Positions 31,908 to 32,000 of a stretch of DNA of 32,000 nt are shown here, in pieces. Every line of letters begins with the position of its first letter. The first letter of the stretch is position 1. A model generated the notes under the pieces. The model ran no database searches. It was not told the DNA's origin and saw nothing but the letters and a program-made list of their open reading frames with translations. The stretch comes from Candidatus Kuenenia stuttgartensis (GTDB lineage: Bacteria; Planctomycetota; Brocadiia; Brocadiales; Brocadiaceae), in assembly GCF_900232105.1 (NCBI RefSeq), contig NZ_LT934425.1:2670001-2702000 (forward strand). The letters are read 5' to 3'. Position numbers and translations under genes: made by a program.

Positions 31908-32000
31908 TTATAAAAATCCCCTCTGAACTCGCCAAAATGGTATTGCTAATTCAAAGCGTTTAAAATTTCCCGGCACATTTTATTATAGGAATACAATGAA

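Noticed and set aside
1-32000. CRISPR array formed by the many short palindromic repeats
   Set aside because: The repeats belong to several different families and are scattered or irregularly spaced. They are not separated by uniform-length spacers, and no cas genes are present.

Overview
AT-rich bacterial chromosomal segment with many repeats. By eye and from memory, the repeat style and the pilus gene order suggest a PVC/Planctomycetota-like organism; this is low confidence and no database search was possible.

Layout:
- 1-13.3 kb: mostly ordinary genes. These are a sulfatase-like 3' fragment, a CPBP protease, a secreted 7-blade RCC1-repeat protein, cysQ, an orphan receiver, a Cache/HAMP/PAS histidine kinase coupled to a sigma54 NtrC-type activator, sppA, a TlpA-like thioredoxin and mnmA.
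- 13.35-18.2 kb: a decay zone. It holds a multiply frameshifted and truncated DASS/SLC13 transporter pseudogene, a ~463-aa acidic ORF split cleanly by a ~2.0-kb IS1634/IS4-like element, and a short degraded DUF4338-like remnant.
- 18.2-20.0 kb: an MsbA-type ABC exporter.
- 20.26-30.08 kb (minus strand): the most interesting block, an eight-gene type IV pilus-like module. In order it encodes a PilM-PilN fusion, two single-TM proteins in the PilO and PilP positions, a TPR-secretin, then FimT/GspH-, PilV-, PilW- and PilX_N-type minor pilins. No ATPase, platform protein, prepilin peptidase or major pilin lies in the window.
- 30.07-31.9 kb: miaA and cvpA.

Intergenic DNA is packed with several families of short palindromic (REP/BIME-like) elements. 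One hairpin family shows compensatory stem changes and terminator-like U tracts. A separate dispersed element is built from ordered tandem heptamers. No rRNA, tRNA or CRISPR array was seen.
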